This document shows, piece by piece, positions 1 to 9,377 of a stretch of 64,000 bases of DNA; position 1 is the first letter of the stretch, and each line of letters opens with the position of its first letter. The stretch lies in the IMG/VR virus record IMGVR_UViG_3300035670_000024; one strand, given 5' to 3'. This DNA is from a virus. Below the pieces are notes generated by a model. It was not told the origin of the DNA. It saw only the letters and a program-made list of their open reading frames with translations, and searched no databases. The position numbers were made by a program, and so were the translations under genes.

Positions 1-621
1 CCAGGCAAAACCAATTCCCCAATCTTCAGGGCAGTTGACCTCAATATTCCACTTTGTTTTATCTAAAGAATTTATAAAATTATAAGGCCCAGGATGGCAT
101 GAAACATCATGAAATCCTACTATGCCATCATCAGAAAGAAGGTTTGTATATTCCCAATCTCTTAGTACTTGGTTGATACTATGCCATCCATCAATAAAAA
201 TAAAATCAAATTTTTCTACACCCAATTCTTTAAACTTTAAAACATTTTCTTGATAGTTTGAACTATCATTTACTATGGTGTAAATATTTTTTTCCGAATC
301 ATTTAAAAATGATCTATCTTCAACATCTAGACCAATGTAAAAAGTTTCTTGTTTTTTACTGTTGAAGAATACATATGCAAACGATTCCTCAGCATTTCTT
401 CCTATACCAATTTCAAGAATAGATTTTGCATTTTCTCTAACTTTCATAAACTGTTGCAAAAGAGCAAATCTATTGCAATAGGTAACTTCTTTTGGATAGA
501 TTGCTTCACCATATTCATTAAAAGTATGACCATATCCAAGAGGATGTGGAACACCACCATCAGCATCATCAAAATCAGTTCCAGTTCTAATATCTCTAAT
601 TAAATCAGTTTCCCACTTCAT
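1..621 (-). CDS. Class I SAM-dependent methyltransferase (Methyltransf_24-like), truncated at window edge
   Basis: Not in ORF track; manual translation from ATG at 621: MKWETDLIRD...SILEIGIG...FDFIFIDGWH...GIVGFHD; open to position 1. Confidence 0.8.
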   Translation of the reverse strand, partial: MKWETDLIRDIRTGTDFDDADGGVPHPLGYGHTFNEYGEAIYPKEVTYCNRFALLQQFMKVRENAKSILEIGIGRNAEESFAYVFFNSKKQETFYIGLDVEDRSFLNDSEKNIYTIVNDSSNYQENVLKFKELGVEKFDFIFIDGWHSINQVLRDWEYTNLLSDDGIVGFHDVSCHPGPYNFINSLDKTKWNIEVNCPEDWGIGFAW

Positions 622-624
622 TGT

Positions 625-1095
625 TCAACTCCAATTGTTCTTATAAAATAATGGTTTGTCTGTGCAGATGCCATAACTTCTTTCTATATATTCTGGATTT
701 GAAAGGTATAAATCAGTATTTTCTGGTAAAACAATAACTGATTTAGAAAAGGGAATTTCCCCCACCAAAACCCATCCAATTCCTTTACTAGTCAAAGTAT
801 ATTTGTCTACATCATGCCAAAAATAATGAAAATTTATTGGAGCACTTGATAATTTTTCAAGTGCTTCTCTATTTTTACAATGAATCCAAAGTACATCTTT
901 ATACTTTCTTAACCATTCCATAGTGATAAAATATTGGGGACGATCATGCCCAAGATAGCATTGATCATCCCCAATAACCCATAAATCAATTTCAACATCA
1001 AATCCTTCAGAGATTGCTTCTTCAATATACTCAGTACTATTTTCTCTGAGTGGATTTGGTTCAGTTAAATTTCCCCGATGTGCAATAATTTTCAT
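625..1095 (-). CDS. Glycerophosphodiester phosphodiesterase (GDPD)-like short protein
   Basis: N-terminal IIAHRG, ENS, GFDVEIDLW, LGHD and C-terminal GICTD motifs of the GDPD/PLC-like fold. Confidence 0.75.
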   Translation of the reverse strand: MKIIAHRGNLTEPNPLRENSTEYIEEAISEGFDVEIDLWVIGDDQCYLGHDRPQYFITMEWLRKYKDVLWIHCKNREALEKLSSAPINFHYFWHDVDKYTLTSKGIGWVLVGEIPFSKSVIVLPENTDLYLSNPEYIERSYGICTDKPLFYKNNWS

Positions 1096-1103
1096 TTAAA
1101 TAA

Positions 1104-1871
1104 TCATCCAAATAAAACTCTTCTAAAATCTATGTTATTATTAATTCTAACAACAAAATTAAATCTTTTTAAAGGGACATTTGTAACCTTAAGATATTCA
1201 CTAAGCATGATTTCTGGTTGAAATGGGCAATCATGCAATTTTAGTAAATTATTATACAGGTTTGAATATATGTCCATTGAAAAAGAAGATCCTAATGCGA
1301 ATTGATCATTTATTCCTCCACACCAATCCTCACCATCTGGAATGTAAAGAGCATCTGTCATTTCACTGACATCTAATGTTTTACCCTCAAAATCACTATC
1401 AAATCTCATTCTTATTACACAATCAAAAAGCATATTGTTTTCAGTTTCATATTGTCTTTTTAATTCATTCGCTTTAAATATAGAATAATGCATACTTAAT
1501 GGCCCAATATCTTTTCTTGGGTATATTAATTCATGTGTATCTACATTTTTATTGTACCATTTCCTAGTTATTAAAGATTTTGGAGGTAATCTATTGTAGA
1601 TTAGTTCAAAATCACTCTTTTTTGTATCATAATTTTCTATCAATATTTTTTCATAATCAAATAAATCTATAATATTTGGAGATGTTTCTATGATTTTATC
1701 TAATTCTTTATGTTGGTATCCAAAAACAGTATTTAAGAATCCATCAAAATTTTTTATTTTCCAAGTATGAATAAAAATTTTGATATCATCATTTGGTATA
1801 ATATTTTCAATACTTTTAACTGCTATATGGGGATATCGCACACCACCAGAAATACATAATGCTATTTTCAT
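1104..1871 (-). CDS. Putative glycosyltransferase-like protein (paralog of 5477..6190)
   Basis: MKIALCISG, IFIHTW, SMHYSI, FDCVIRMRFD, GINDQFA motifs; type common in phage and polysaccharide loci. Confidence 0.55.
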   Translation of the reverse strand: MKIALCISGGVRYPHIAVKSIENIIPNDDIKIFIHTWKIKNFDGFLNTVFGYQHKELDKIIETSPNIIDLFDYEKILIENYDTKKSDFELIYNRLPPKSLITRKWYNKNVDTHELIYPRKDIGPLSMHYSIFKANELKRQYETENNMLFDCVIRMRFDSDFEGKTLDVSEMTDALYIPDGEDWCGGINDQFALGSSFSMDIYSNLYNNLLKLHDCPFQPEIMLSEYLKVTNVPLKRFNFVVRINNNIDFRRVLFG

Positions 1872-1941
1872 ATAATGCTTCTATAAAAAGGTTTTCTCAT
1901 AACATTTAGTTCAGTTAAATTTCTCCAGATGTATAAGAATT

Positions 1942-3147
1942 TTAATATTCATTTCTAGTTAATATTAATATCCAACTATTTGGATAAATTCCATTTCCCA
2001 TGATATGATGAGTATTAATTTTTTTTATTGAATCATAAAACTTATTATGCCCATATAGATTGATTTCTTCCATATAAGATTCAAAAGAATCCTCAGAAAG
2101 TAAACCTTCAATTATCAATATTCCACCGGGATTTAGATACTTATAAGCATTTCTAATAATTTTAATTCTAGACCAAAATGTATGATCAGAATCATCTATT
2201 AAGATATCAAATTTGGAATTGGATTTTTCAAATGCTTCACAAATTGATACTTCACTAGTTGCATCCATATAATCATATGAAGTATCTGGAAGATTATCTT
2301 CTTTTGCGCTTTGAAGTAAACTACTATCATTATCCCATCCATAAAGATGAGCATTAGAGAAGTATTCTCTCCAAATTTTCATTGATGAGTTTTTGTATAT
2401 TCCAATTTCTCCAAAATTAATCTGTTTGTATTTGAATGGAGAAAATAGAAGATTATAAAATGATGTGCAATAATTGGAATCTTTTTTAAATGAAAGTGTA
2501 GCGATGTATAGATTTACATTTTCCTGATAAAAACCTTGATGATGAGGTTGCTCGTATTCTTTTCTATACCTACTTGTTAACTTTAGTCCTGAAGATTCTA
2601 CGATTTTAATTATATTTTCAGGTGAAATAAATTCACCAGGATCTGGAGATAAGGTGACATCAGTGGAAATAAGTAATCTTCCGTTTGGTTTTAAGACTCT
2701 ATGAACTTCATCTGCAACATTTTTCCATCCCCAATTTTCAATACCATCTCCCCATGTAGGATTGAAACAGTGTACTGAGCAAGAATCAATTATAACATCT
2801 ACACTCTCCGGTTCCATTTGCTTTAGTTCATATAAAGCATCACCAAGAACCATTTTTGCTAATCCTTTTGGACACCAATGATCAACACTCATAAGATCTA
2901 TTCCAGTCACATCATTGCCCCAACTTGCAATGATGTGAGGAATTACTCCATTTGCAGATCCTAAGTCAATTACGGTTAAATTATTTTTTCCGATTGACTT
3001 GAATTCTTGTAATAATGACACCCATTTGACAATGGCTGCATCCTTGTCCCAAAATTCTCCCCGAAAACCTTTTTCAGGCCATTTTTCTTTTTTTAGTATA
3101 TCCTTACAGATAGAAACATCCTTAGATGTAATTAACTTATTGTACAT
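1942..3147 (-). CDS. Double-domain SAM methyltransferase (class I domain plus sugar O-methyltransferase-like domain)
   Basis: Domain 1: VIDLGSANG...VHRVLKPNG; domain 2: GEIGIYKNSSMKIWREYF...FDILIDDSDH...YLNPGGILIIE. Confidence 0.75.
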   Translation of the reverse strand: MYNKLITSKDVSICKDILKKEKWPEKGFRGEFWDKDAAIVKWVSLLQEFKSIGKNNLTVIDLGSANGVIPHIIASWGNDVTGIDLMSVDHWCPKGLAKMVLGDALYELKQMEPESVDVIIDSCSVHCFNPTWGDGIENWGWKNVADEVHRVLKPNGRLLISTDVTLSPDPGEFISPENIIKIVESSGLKLTSRYRKEYEQPHHQGFYQENVNLYIATLSFKKDSNYCTSFYNLLFSPFKYKQINFGEIGIYKNSSMKIWREYFSNAHLYGWDNDSSLLQSAKEDNLPDTSYDYMDATSEVSICEAFEKSNSKFDILIDDSDHTFWSRIKIIRNAYKYLNPGGILIIEGLLSEDSFESYMEEINLYGHNKFYDSIKKINTHHIMGNGIYPNSWILILTRNEY

Positions 3148-3158
3148 TTTTTAATAGA

Positions 3159-4397
3159 TCAAAAATCAAGAACCCATTCAGGAAGAGAACCGCCGCCAGT
3201 TTCATATCCCCACTTATCTATGGCATCACGAAACTCTTTACCTGGAGTCTTATCAATTGCCTGACGCATTGCTAAAGCACCCGATAAAGTGCCTCCTGGA
3301 TGACCATGAACCGCTCCACCACAATTAGCAAGAAAGTCAGTGCCAAACTTTTCTGCTGTAGTATTTACAATACCAGGATGCATACCACAACTTAGTGCGG
3401 GAAGCACATTTCTCTTATGTAGTGTTGCCATTGTCTGACGAAGTTCATCTTCATCATCACTTAAGTATCCACCCCACATTCCTGCATGAATTGTATCTAC
3501 ACCGCAAAGTCCTGCAAGATCACAGAGAACATCCCAATCAATACCAAATGCATGTCTCTTATCGGTAAGAATCTTATCACCACTCTTTTGATAATGAACA
3601 AATAAAGGTAGATCCATTTTTCTTACAGAATTATAAACTCCTAGACCACTCCAGAAGTTAATATGAATACCATTACCACCATTTTCTGCAACAAACTTAG
3701 CACGATCAAGAATTGTATGATGATCTCCATTAATACAGAAGCAATAGATCACTCCCCTTCCACAATTATTGACAATGTTGGAAATCAATTCTACACGATC
3801 CTCAAGACGGCAAAATGAAGGATTGGCAAGAATCTCATCTTCTTTAATGAAATCAACTCCACCATCCAGAAGTTCTTTGACCATTTCTGATAGAGTTTGT
3901 GGAGAAATGCCTGTTTTTGGTTTTACGATTGCCCCAGAAAGTGGTTTGTCATAGCGATTAACAAACTTACGAATTCCATCAATACCATTCTTAGGCCCTA
4001 GGAATTGTGCTTCCACATCGGCAGGAAATTCAAGTTTACGAAGACGGCAAACTTTAAATACATCAATATCTAATTGACCTCCCATCAATTGACAAAGAAG
4101 ATGTGAGATACCATCACCTTCCCAATCAGTATTTACTTTAGGAAATCCAATTTTAACTTCCCCTTCAGTCAACTGAGAAAGTTCATTTTCATCAGCATAG
4201 ATGACACAAGATGAAAGTTCAAAAAGTTCATCATTTTCCCAGCGATTACGAACTTTTGGATTCCCTACACTTTGTCCAATTGCGAGATTCCAAGCCGCAT
4301 CTTTTAATGTGCCAATATTTGAATATGATTCAATATAATAAGTTGCAATTACACAACGATTTTTTTCATATTCAGTTAGTTCTCTAAAGAATTTCAT
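3159..4397 (-). CDS. RuBisCO large-subunit-like protein (RLP, form IV-type; probably non-carboxylating)
   Basis: GPKNGIDGIR, IVKPKTG, GGVDFIKEDE, DTIHAG, PALSCGMHPG, GGAVHGHPGG follow the RbcL motif order over 412 aa. Confidence 0.93.
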   Translation of the reverse strand: MKFFRELTEYEKNRCVIATYYIESYSNIGTLKDAAWNLAIGQSVGNPKVRNRWENDELFELSSCVIYADENELSQLTEGEVKIGFPKVNTDWEGDGISHLLCQLMGGQLDIDVFKVCRLRKLEFPADVEAQFLGPKNGIDGIRKFVNRYDKPLSGAIVKPKTGISPQTLSEMVKELLDGGVDFIKEDEILANPSFCRLEDRVELISNIVNNCGRGVIYCFCINGDHHTILDRAKFVAENGGNGIHINFWSGLGVYNSVRKMDLPLFVHYQKSGDKILTDKRHAFGIDWDVLCDLAGLCGVDTIHAGMWGGYLSDDEDELRQTMATLHKRNVLPALSCGMHPGIVNTTAEKFGTDFLANCGGAVHGHPGGTLSGALAMRQAIDKTPGKEFRDAIDKWGYETGGGSLPEWVLDF

Positions 4398-4720
4398 GAT
4401 TCAACCTCAAATTTATCAGATGGAATAGACGGAATTTTAACTACCACTAAGGTACAATCTTCAAGAAAAATTGGATCAGCAACTTCTCCTTTTTCAAATA
4501 CAAATACATCCCCACTATTTAACTCATTTCCCTGAATGATCATTTTACCGGAAATAAGAACATTATATTCTATACTTTCCTTATGATAGTGAGGAGACCA
4601 ATATTCATCCTTTTTATGTTGTAGAATACCAACCTCAAAATCTTTGGTTTTAAACAGAGATGGTTCAAAATCTCCAATGAACCATCCACGAACATAATCA
4701 GTAATTTTTGTTATATTCAT
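4394..4720 (-). CDS. Cupin (RmlC-like) domain protein, possible sugar epimerase/isomerase
   Basis: GWFIGDFEP, HYHKESIEYNVLISG cupin metal motif, GDVFVFEKGE; ATGA overlap with RLP start. Confidence 0.75.
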   Translation of the reverse strand: MNITKITDYVRGWFIGDFEPSLFKTKDFEVGILQHKKDEYWSPHYHKESIEYNVLISGKMIIQGNELNSGDVFVFEKGEVADPIFLEDCTLVVVKIPSIPSDKFEVES

Positions 4721-5432
4721 ATTTTTTTAAATAATAATTTAAATCTTCTGGGACACCGACAGGATTATGTTGCCAAGTTGGGATTTGATGTATTCCAACT
4801 TTTCGGCCAAAATGTTTAATCATATAATTGTATGTTGGTCCAACATAGTATTCGCCATTAGGTGCTGTATCTTCAAACTGAATCATTTCTTGAGCACTTT
4901 CAACAAAGTAAAATCCTTTTCTCCAATAATGAATTCCGTTAAGAGATATGTTGCTAATGACCTCCTTCTCTTTCACCTCCAATACTAACCCATCTCTATC
5001 AATTTTGCAATAGCTGTTTTTGGGCGTGTCCGTTTCATAGGTGACTATGACTCCATCATACTTATAGTATCTTGCCGTTTGCAGAAATAATCCAGAATCC
5101 CACCACATTATTTGATCACAATTCGCAATAACCAATTCAGTATTATTATTAATTTCAGTTTCAAATAATAATGCACTACATGCTGGTCCTTTTGTAGTCT
5201 CATCAACTGTGATTATCTTACAATCTGGAACTATTTTTTTAAGCAATTCGTATATTTGAAAATAAAATGAATCTTGCCGAATTACAAAATGATATTTACC
5301 ATCAAGATTCATAGATTCAATTGCACATTGAATCATTGGTTTACCTTCAATTTCAATCAGTGGTTTAGGTAGATGGTATTTGTCTCTTGGAAATCTAGTT
5401 CCTTCTCCAGCCATCGGTATGACAATGTTCAT
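4698..5432 (-). CDS. Sugar-phosphate nucleotidyltransferase (NTP_transferase, GT-A fold)
   Basis: IVIPMAGEGTRF, PKPLI, IANCDQ, NGEYYV, GVPEDL. Confidence 0.85.
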   Translation of the reverse strand: MNIVIPMAGEGTRFPRDKYHLPKPLIEIEGKPMIQCAIESMNLDGKYHFVIRQDSFYFQIYELLKKIVPDCKIITVDETTKGPACSALLFETEINNNTELVIANCDQIMWWDSGLFLQTARYYKYDGVIVTYETDTPKNSYCKIDRDGLVLEVKEKEVISNISLNGIHYWRKGFYFVESAQEMIQFEDTAPNGEYYVGPTYNYMIKHFGRKVGIHQIPTWQHNPVGVPEDLNYYLKKYEYNKNY

Positions 5433-5476
5433 AAAACCTCATTTATTTTGTGTAAAATTTAATATCTAATAAAGTC

Positions 5477-6190
5477 TCATCTATTATTAATAACAACTCT
5501 AAAATCAAATCTATTTACTGCTATGTTGTACATTTCAAAGTATTTGCGAAGCATAGTTTCTGGATGATATTGAACATCTCTAATTTTATCAATATGATTA
5601 TATAAATTAGAATACAAATTCATTGCATCTGAAGATCCTACAGCAAACTGATCATTAATGCCACCACACCAATCTTCTCCTCTTGGAATATTGATTCCAT
5701 TTGGAATGTTGTTTAGATGTAATTCATTTCCTCCAAAGTTACTATCAAATCTCATTCTAATCACTTTATCAAATATCATATTATTTTCTTTTTCATAATC
5801 ACATTTTAATTGATTGCTTTTATAAATTGAATAGTGCATACTAATTGGTCCAACATCATGCCTTGGAACTATACATGCCCCTTGCTGAAATGGGAGAAGA
5901 TTTATAGAATTATGAATTGCTTCAAATTCAGAATGCTTAGATTCATCATAATCTTCTATTAAAAGTTTTTCGTAATTGTAATGTTCTAAAAAATTAAATT
6001 GAGTTTCAAAAATGTTATCTGGTTCTTTACTTTGTAATCCAAAAATAGTTTTTAAAAAACTTTCTGTATCTACAATTTTCCAAGTATGAATAAAGATTTT
6101 GATACAATCATTAGGAACTATTTTTTTAATACTTTCTAGACCTATATGAGGATATCTTATATTTCCTGAAATGCAAATTGCTACTTTCAT
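5477..6190 (-). CDS. Putative glycosyltransferase-like protein (paralog of 1104..1871)
   Basis: MKVAICISG, IFIHTW, SMHYSI, FDKVIRMRFD, GEDWCGGINDQFA. Confidence 0.55.
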   Translation of the reverse strand: MKVAICISGNIRYPHIGLESIKKIVPNDCIKIFIHTWKIVDTESFLKTIFGLQSKEPDNIFETQFNFLEHYNYEKLLIEDYDESKHSEFEAIHNSINLLPFQQGACIVPRHDVGPISMHYSIYKSNQLKCDYEKENNMIFDKVIRMRFDSNFGGNELHLNNIPNGINIPRGEDWCGGINDQFAVGSSDAMNLYSNLYNHIDKIRDVQYHPETMLRKYFEMYNIAVNRFDFRVVINNR

Positions 6191-7179
6191 TTAAAAATAA
6201 AATCTCTTATAAAATTTTTAGATGCTTTAACCAAATATGCGGCATTATCTTGATATCCAAAGGTTATTAGATAATCATTTTTATATTCTGCCATTCCTAC
6301 AGCAAATTCAATTTCTGCATTTATAAAAGAAAATTGTTTAGACACTTTTACGATATTCCAATCTTTGTCCCATACAACAAAACGATGACGATAAACTCCA
6401 TCTTTTCTACCTGCAGGACTTTTTGTAAGATATGTTTCATGAGTTAAGCAAAATCTATAATCATCTCCAAGAGGAATAATCTGAGAACCACCTCTTAAAT
6501 CAATAGTTCCAAAATCTTTCCAATCTTTTTTTATAATACTGGTAGTAGTGTTACTTTCAATGTCATATTTTACGATTTCAGTTCCATTTGTCCATTTTAC
6601 ATAATGATATGGCATGTCAAGAATAGGCATCCAATTCTTATTGCAATATTCTTCGTCTGGAGGTGGAGCAGGAATGCGATGTTGATTAATTTCTTTTACA
6701 CCATTCTCCGTAATTTCTAGTTCGGAAAGTTCCATTCTTCCCGTTCCAATTGTATCTAAATCTCTTCTCACTCCAGTTATGTAAAGTTTGTCGTTCCAAC
6801 GGACAATACGACAGTCTTCTAATCCAACAAAATCCCACAACTCTTTATCTGGGAACTTTGAAGTATCAATATAATGATATTTTTTAATTCTCATATCATC
6901 ATCCATTTCGCACATAATATTCCATGTGCGGAGATGCATATCATTTTCTGGATGAATATAAACTAAAGGTCCCCAAGGGTGTTCAAATTTTTTCTTTTCT
7001 GAATGATATAGTGTATAATTGATATTTCTGAGATTTACTAAAATCTTATCTCCATCAATGTAAACCGAAGGATTTGTAAGTGCCGGCCCTTTTAGTTCAT
7101 TTGATGGAATAATTAAAGGATAAATGCTTCCTCCATTTTGGAGAGCAATTTTGACGAAGTTCATTTCATCTGCTGTCAT
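6187..7179 (-). CDS. Five-bladed beta-propeller glycoside hydrolase/phosphorylase/transferase-like (GH130/GH43 superfamily)
   Basis: NPS, GLEDCR, KNWMP, LRGGS, EFAVG, FGYQD motifs. Confidence 0.65.
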   Translation of the reverse strand: MTADEMNFVKIALQNGGSIYPLIIPSNELKGPALTNPSVYIDGDKILVNLRNINYTLYHSEKKKFEHPWGPLVYIHPENDMHLRTWNIMCEMDDDMRIKKYHYIDTSKFPDKELWDFVGLEDCRIVRWNDKLYITGVRRDLDTIGTGRMELSELEITENGVKEINQHRIPAPPPDEEYCNKNWMPILDMPYHYVKWTNGTEIVKYDIESNTTTSIIKKDWKDFGTIDLRGGSQIIPLGDDYRFCLTHETYLTKSPAGRKDGVYRHRFVVWDKDWNIVKVSKQFSFINAEIEFAVGMAEYKNDYLITFGYQDNAAYLVKASKNFIRDFIFK

Positions 7180-7201
7180 AAAAAATATGAATAATTTTAG
7201 A

Positions 7202-7224
7202 TATTTATTTTCCTATTATAGCAC
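7202..7224 (-). promoter_or_regulatory. T4-type late promoter ATAAATA (7202-7208) plus extended -10 GTGCTATAAT (7215-7224) upstream of the sugar cluster
   Basis: Both motifs read directly on the minus strand 23-45 nt upstream of the ATG at 7179. Confidence 0.55.
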
Positions 7225-7228
7225 GGTT

Positions 7229-7963
7229 TTAAAATAATGTAGAAAATGAGTATCCAGCAGCAGGAGGCCTCGGGCCGCCAAAAGATGCAACAATCAAAGA
7301 ATGACGAGCATTAATCGCAGAAGTCGTAGCGTCAAAACCACCAGTAGGATCTCCTAACACATTAGTTCTAGCAACGGCAATAGAACCGTCAGCACCTGAA
7401 GTAGATGTTTGCTCACCAATTTCAGTCATCGCAGTTGGACCAGTTGTATAATCCTGAGAACTCCAAGTAACTTCCTGACCACCAATACATAACATAATTT
7501 CCAAATAATCATCAGGAGTATCAGTTAAAAAACTCCTAGTATATCCACCAGTAGTCACATTTCCCGATGCACCAGTCGCAAGAGTGTTCACAGAACTTCC
7601 TGCTACAGGATTTATAAGGTCTTGTCCCGTGATTCTCACTACATAACCAAAAGCAAGGTCGGGAAATTGTTCTCCAGTTACTGCGCCAAATATAAAACTT
7701 GGGTTTGTTGCACCCCTTTTAATCCACGCCATTAAACCAGAACCAATTGCCTGGTTGTTTGTATTCTCATTTCCAGTTACAAGGGTCCTTTCTATAATCT
7801 GCCAATCAGCAGGAAGTGAAGGTGTTGTTGCTCCACGAAATGATATACAAGCAACTAAAAGGTCATCAGTTGTTAATCCAGCAGGAGCATTAAGTGTTAG
7901 AGAACCATTAGTTGTGGTTGTCTTTGTTGCTACTGTAGATATTGCTTGATATGCGATTGCCAT
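7229..7963 (-). CDS. Putative virion/tail-associated beta-rich protein
   Basis: 244 aa, Thr/Ala/Gly-rich; follows fibre genes. Confidence 0.5.
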   Translation of the reverse strand: MAIAYQAISTVATKTTTTNGSLTLNAPAGLTTDDLLVACISFRGATTPSLPADWQIIERTLVTGNENTNNQAIGSGLMAWIKRGATNPSFIFGAVTGEQFPDLAFGYVVRITGQDLINPVAGSSVNTLATGASGNVTTGGYTRSFLTDTPDDYLEIMLCIGGQEVTWSSQDYTTGPTAMTEIGEQTSTSGADGSIAVARTNVLGDPTGGFDATTSAINARHSLIVASFGGPRPPAAGYSFSTLF

Positions 7964-7967
7964 AATA

Positions 7968-9377
7968 TTATCTTGGTACTAAACGAAGTGCTACCGTAAC
8001 TCTTGTAACTGTGGTTGCACTATCAACTTGAAATTCTAACACGTCTCTAGCAGAAAGTGTAGTCGTCCAAGAAGATAAAGTAAGGTCTTCTGCTTTTTGT
8101 GCTGAAGATAGTGTTGGAAGTTCTGTTCCTGCGATAGAAGCAGTTGTTGGGAAGTTTGTATAAGTTGCTCTGTTTACATCAACCACAATACTTCCTGATT
8201 GGTCGGCAATAATAGTCCAACCCGTAACTGTATAATCACCATCTAATACAATATGTCCCTTAATACCTGTAGTAATTGCAGAACCACCACCATCAATTAC
8301 AAAATTCAGAGTTCTTGTATTAGAAACAAATGAGGCATTTTGCGAAGCATCAAATTGTAAAACTTCATCAGCGGCACCATTTGCAGCAGGAAGAGTGATA
8401 GTGTAGTTTGATGTGATTGATGCCGGAGCAGTAATGGCAGCAAAGTTAGAATTATCTGCATCCATAAAATGTAATGGGGCATCATCAAGAATTCTTACAA
8501 ATCCAGTTCCGTTTGGATTTAAATCAATATTTCCATTTGTGTTTGTAGATGAAACCTCGTTACCATTGATGTTAATGTTATCAACCTGTAAAGAACCTAA
8601 AGTTCCTACAGAAGTCAAGGAAGAATTGACAACTCCACTTCCTAAAGTTGTTGCAGTTAAAACTGGAGTACCATTAATTTCATAATCCCCTCCAGTTGCT
8701 ACATTAACTCCACCCGTAACGGAAAGAATATCAGTAGTCTTATTATAAGTTAATCCAGCATCACCACCAAATACTCCAGCATCATTAAACTGAACTTGAG
8801 TATCAGAACCACCAGGATTTCCACTAGTTCCTGAATTATCATCTGCCCAAGTTAAAGAAGCAGTATTTGCCGTTGGTGTTGGGGAAGAAGCAATTTTAAG
8901 AACCTGTCCTGCTGTTCCAACTGTATCGGGAAGAATATAAGAACGATTGCCAGCAACGGTAGAAGATGCCGCAAACCCAACATAGTTAGAATTATCACTA
9001 TCTCCAAATCTTAATGCTGCGGCAGAAGAAACATAAAGATTAGTTCCGTCAGTTGTTACGGCAGCACCAGCAAAAGCACCACCGTTATTATACTGAATTT
9101 GATTTGTAGAACCACCAGGAGAAGCAGAAACTGCTGCCCAACTTGTGGTTCCTGAACCATCAGTTTTTAAATAATAATCAGGTGTTCCATCATCTGCTGG
9201 TAGTGTGAATGTATAAGCAGTTCCTACAGTATCAGGAACCTTAATATCAATATGTGAATTCTCATCAGCATCTAATAATCTTATTTTTGCTCCTGTGTTT
9301 CCTACACCAAGAACTTCTGGATTTTTAAGTATTTGACCTCTTGATAATTCCGCCATTATGCTTGTGCCTCCGTCCAT
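7968..9377 (-). CDS. Tail fibre-like protein
   Basis: Repeated YTFTLPADDG..YYLKTDGSG..SW and PGGS..Q(I/V)Q(Y/F)N.GGAF fibre motifs; true start may be the second Met (MAELSR). Confidence 0.7.
   Translation of the reverse strand: MDGGTSIMAELSRGQILKNPEVLGVGNTGAKIRLLDADENSHIDIKVPDTVGTAYTFTLPADDGTPDYYLKTDGSGTTSWAAVSASPGGSTNQIQYNNGGAFAGAAVTTDGTNLYVSSAAALRFGDSDNSNYVGFAASSTVAGNRSYILPDTVGTAGQVLKIASSPTPTANTASLTWADDNSGTSGNPGGSDTQVQFNDAGVFGGDAGLTYNKTTDILSVTGGVNVATGGDYEINGTPVLTATTLGSGVVNSSLTSVGTLGSLQVDNININGNEVSSTNTNGNIDLNPNGTGFVRILDDAPLHFMDADNSNFAAITAPASITSNYTITLPAANGAADEVLQFDASQNASFVSNTRTLNFVIDGGGSAITTGIKGHIVLDGDYTVTGWTIIADQSGSIVVDVNRATYTNFPTTASIAGTELPTLSSAQKAEDLTLSSWTTTLSARDVLEFQVDSATTVTRVTVALRLVPR

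Noticed and set aside
349-603. 84-aa plus-strand ORF and similar short antisense or alternate-frame ORFs throughout
   Set aside because: They overlap well-supported genes (here the 1..621 methyltransferase) and carry no motifs
3159-4397. Bona fide CO2-fixing rbcL
   Set aside because: E60, N123, H294 and K334 equivalents appear substituted, and no rbcS or chaperone genes are present in the window
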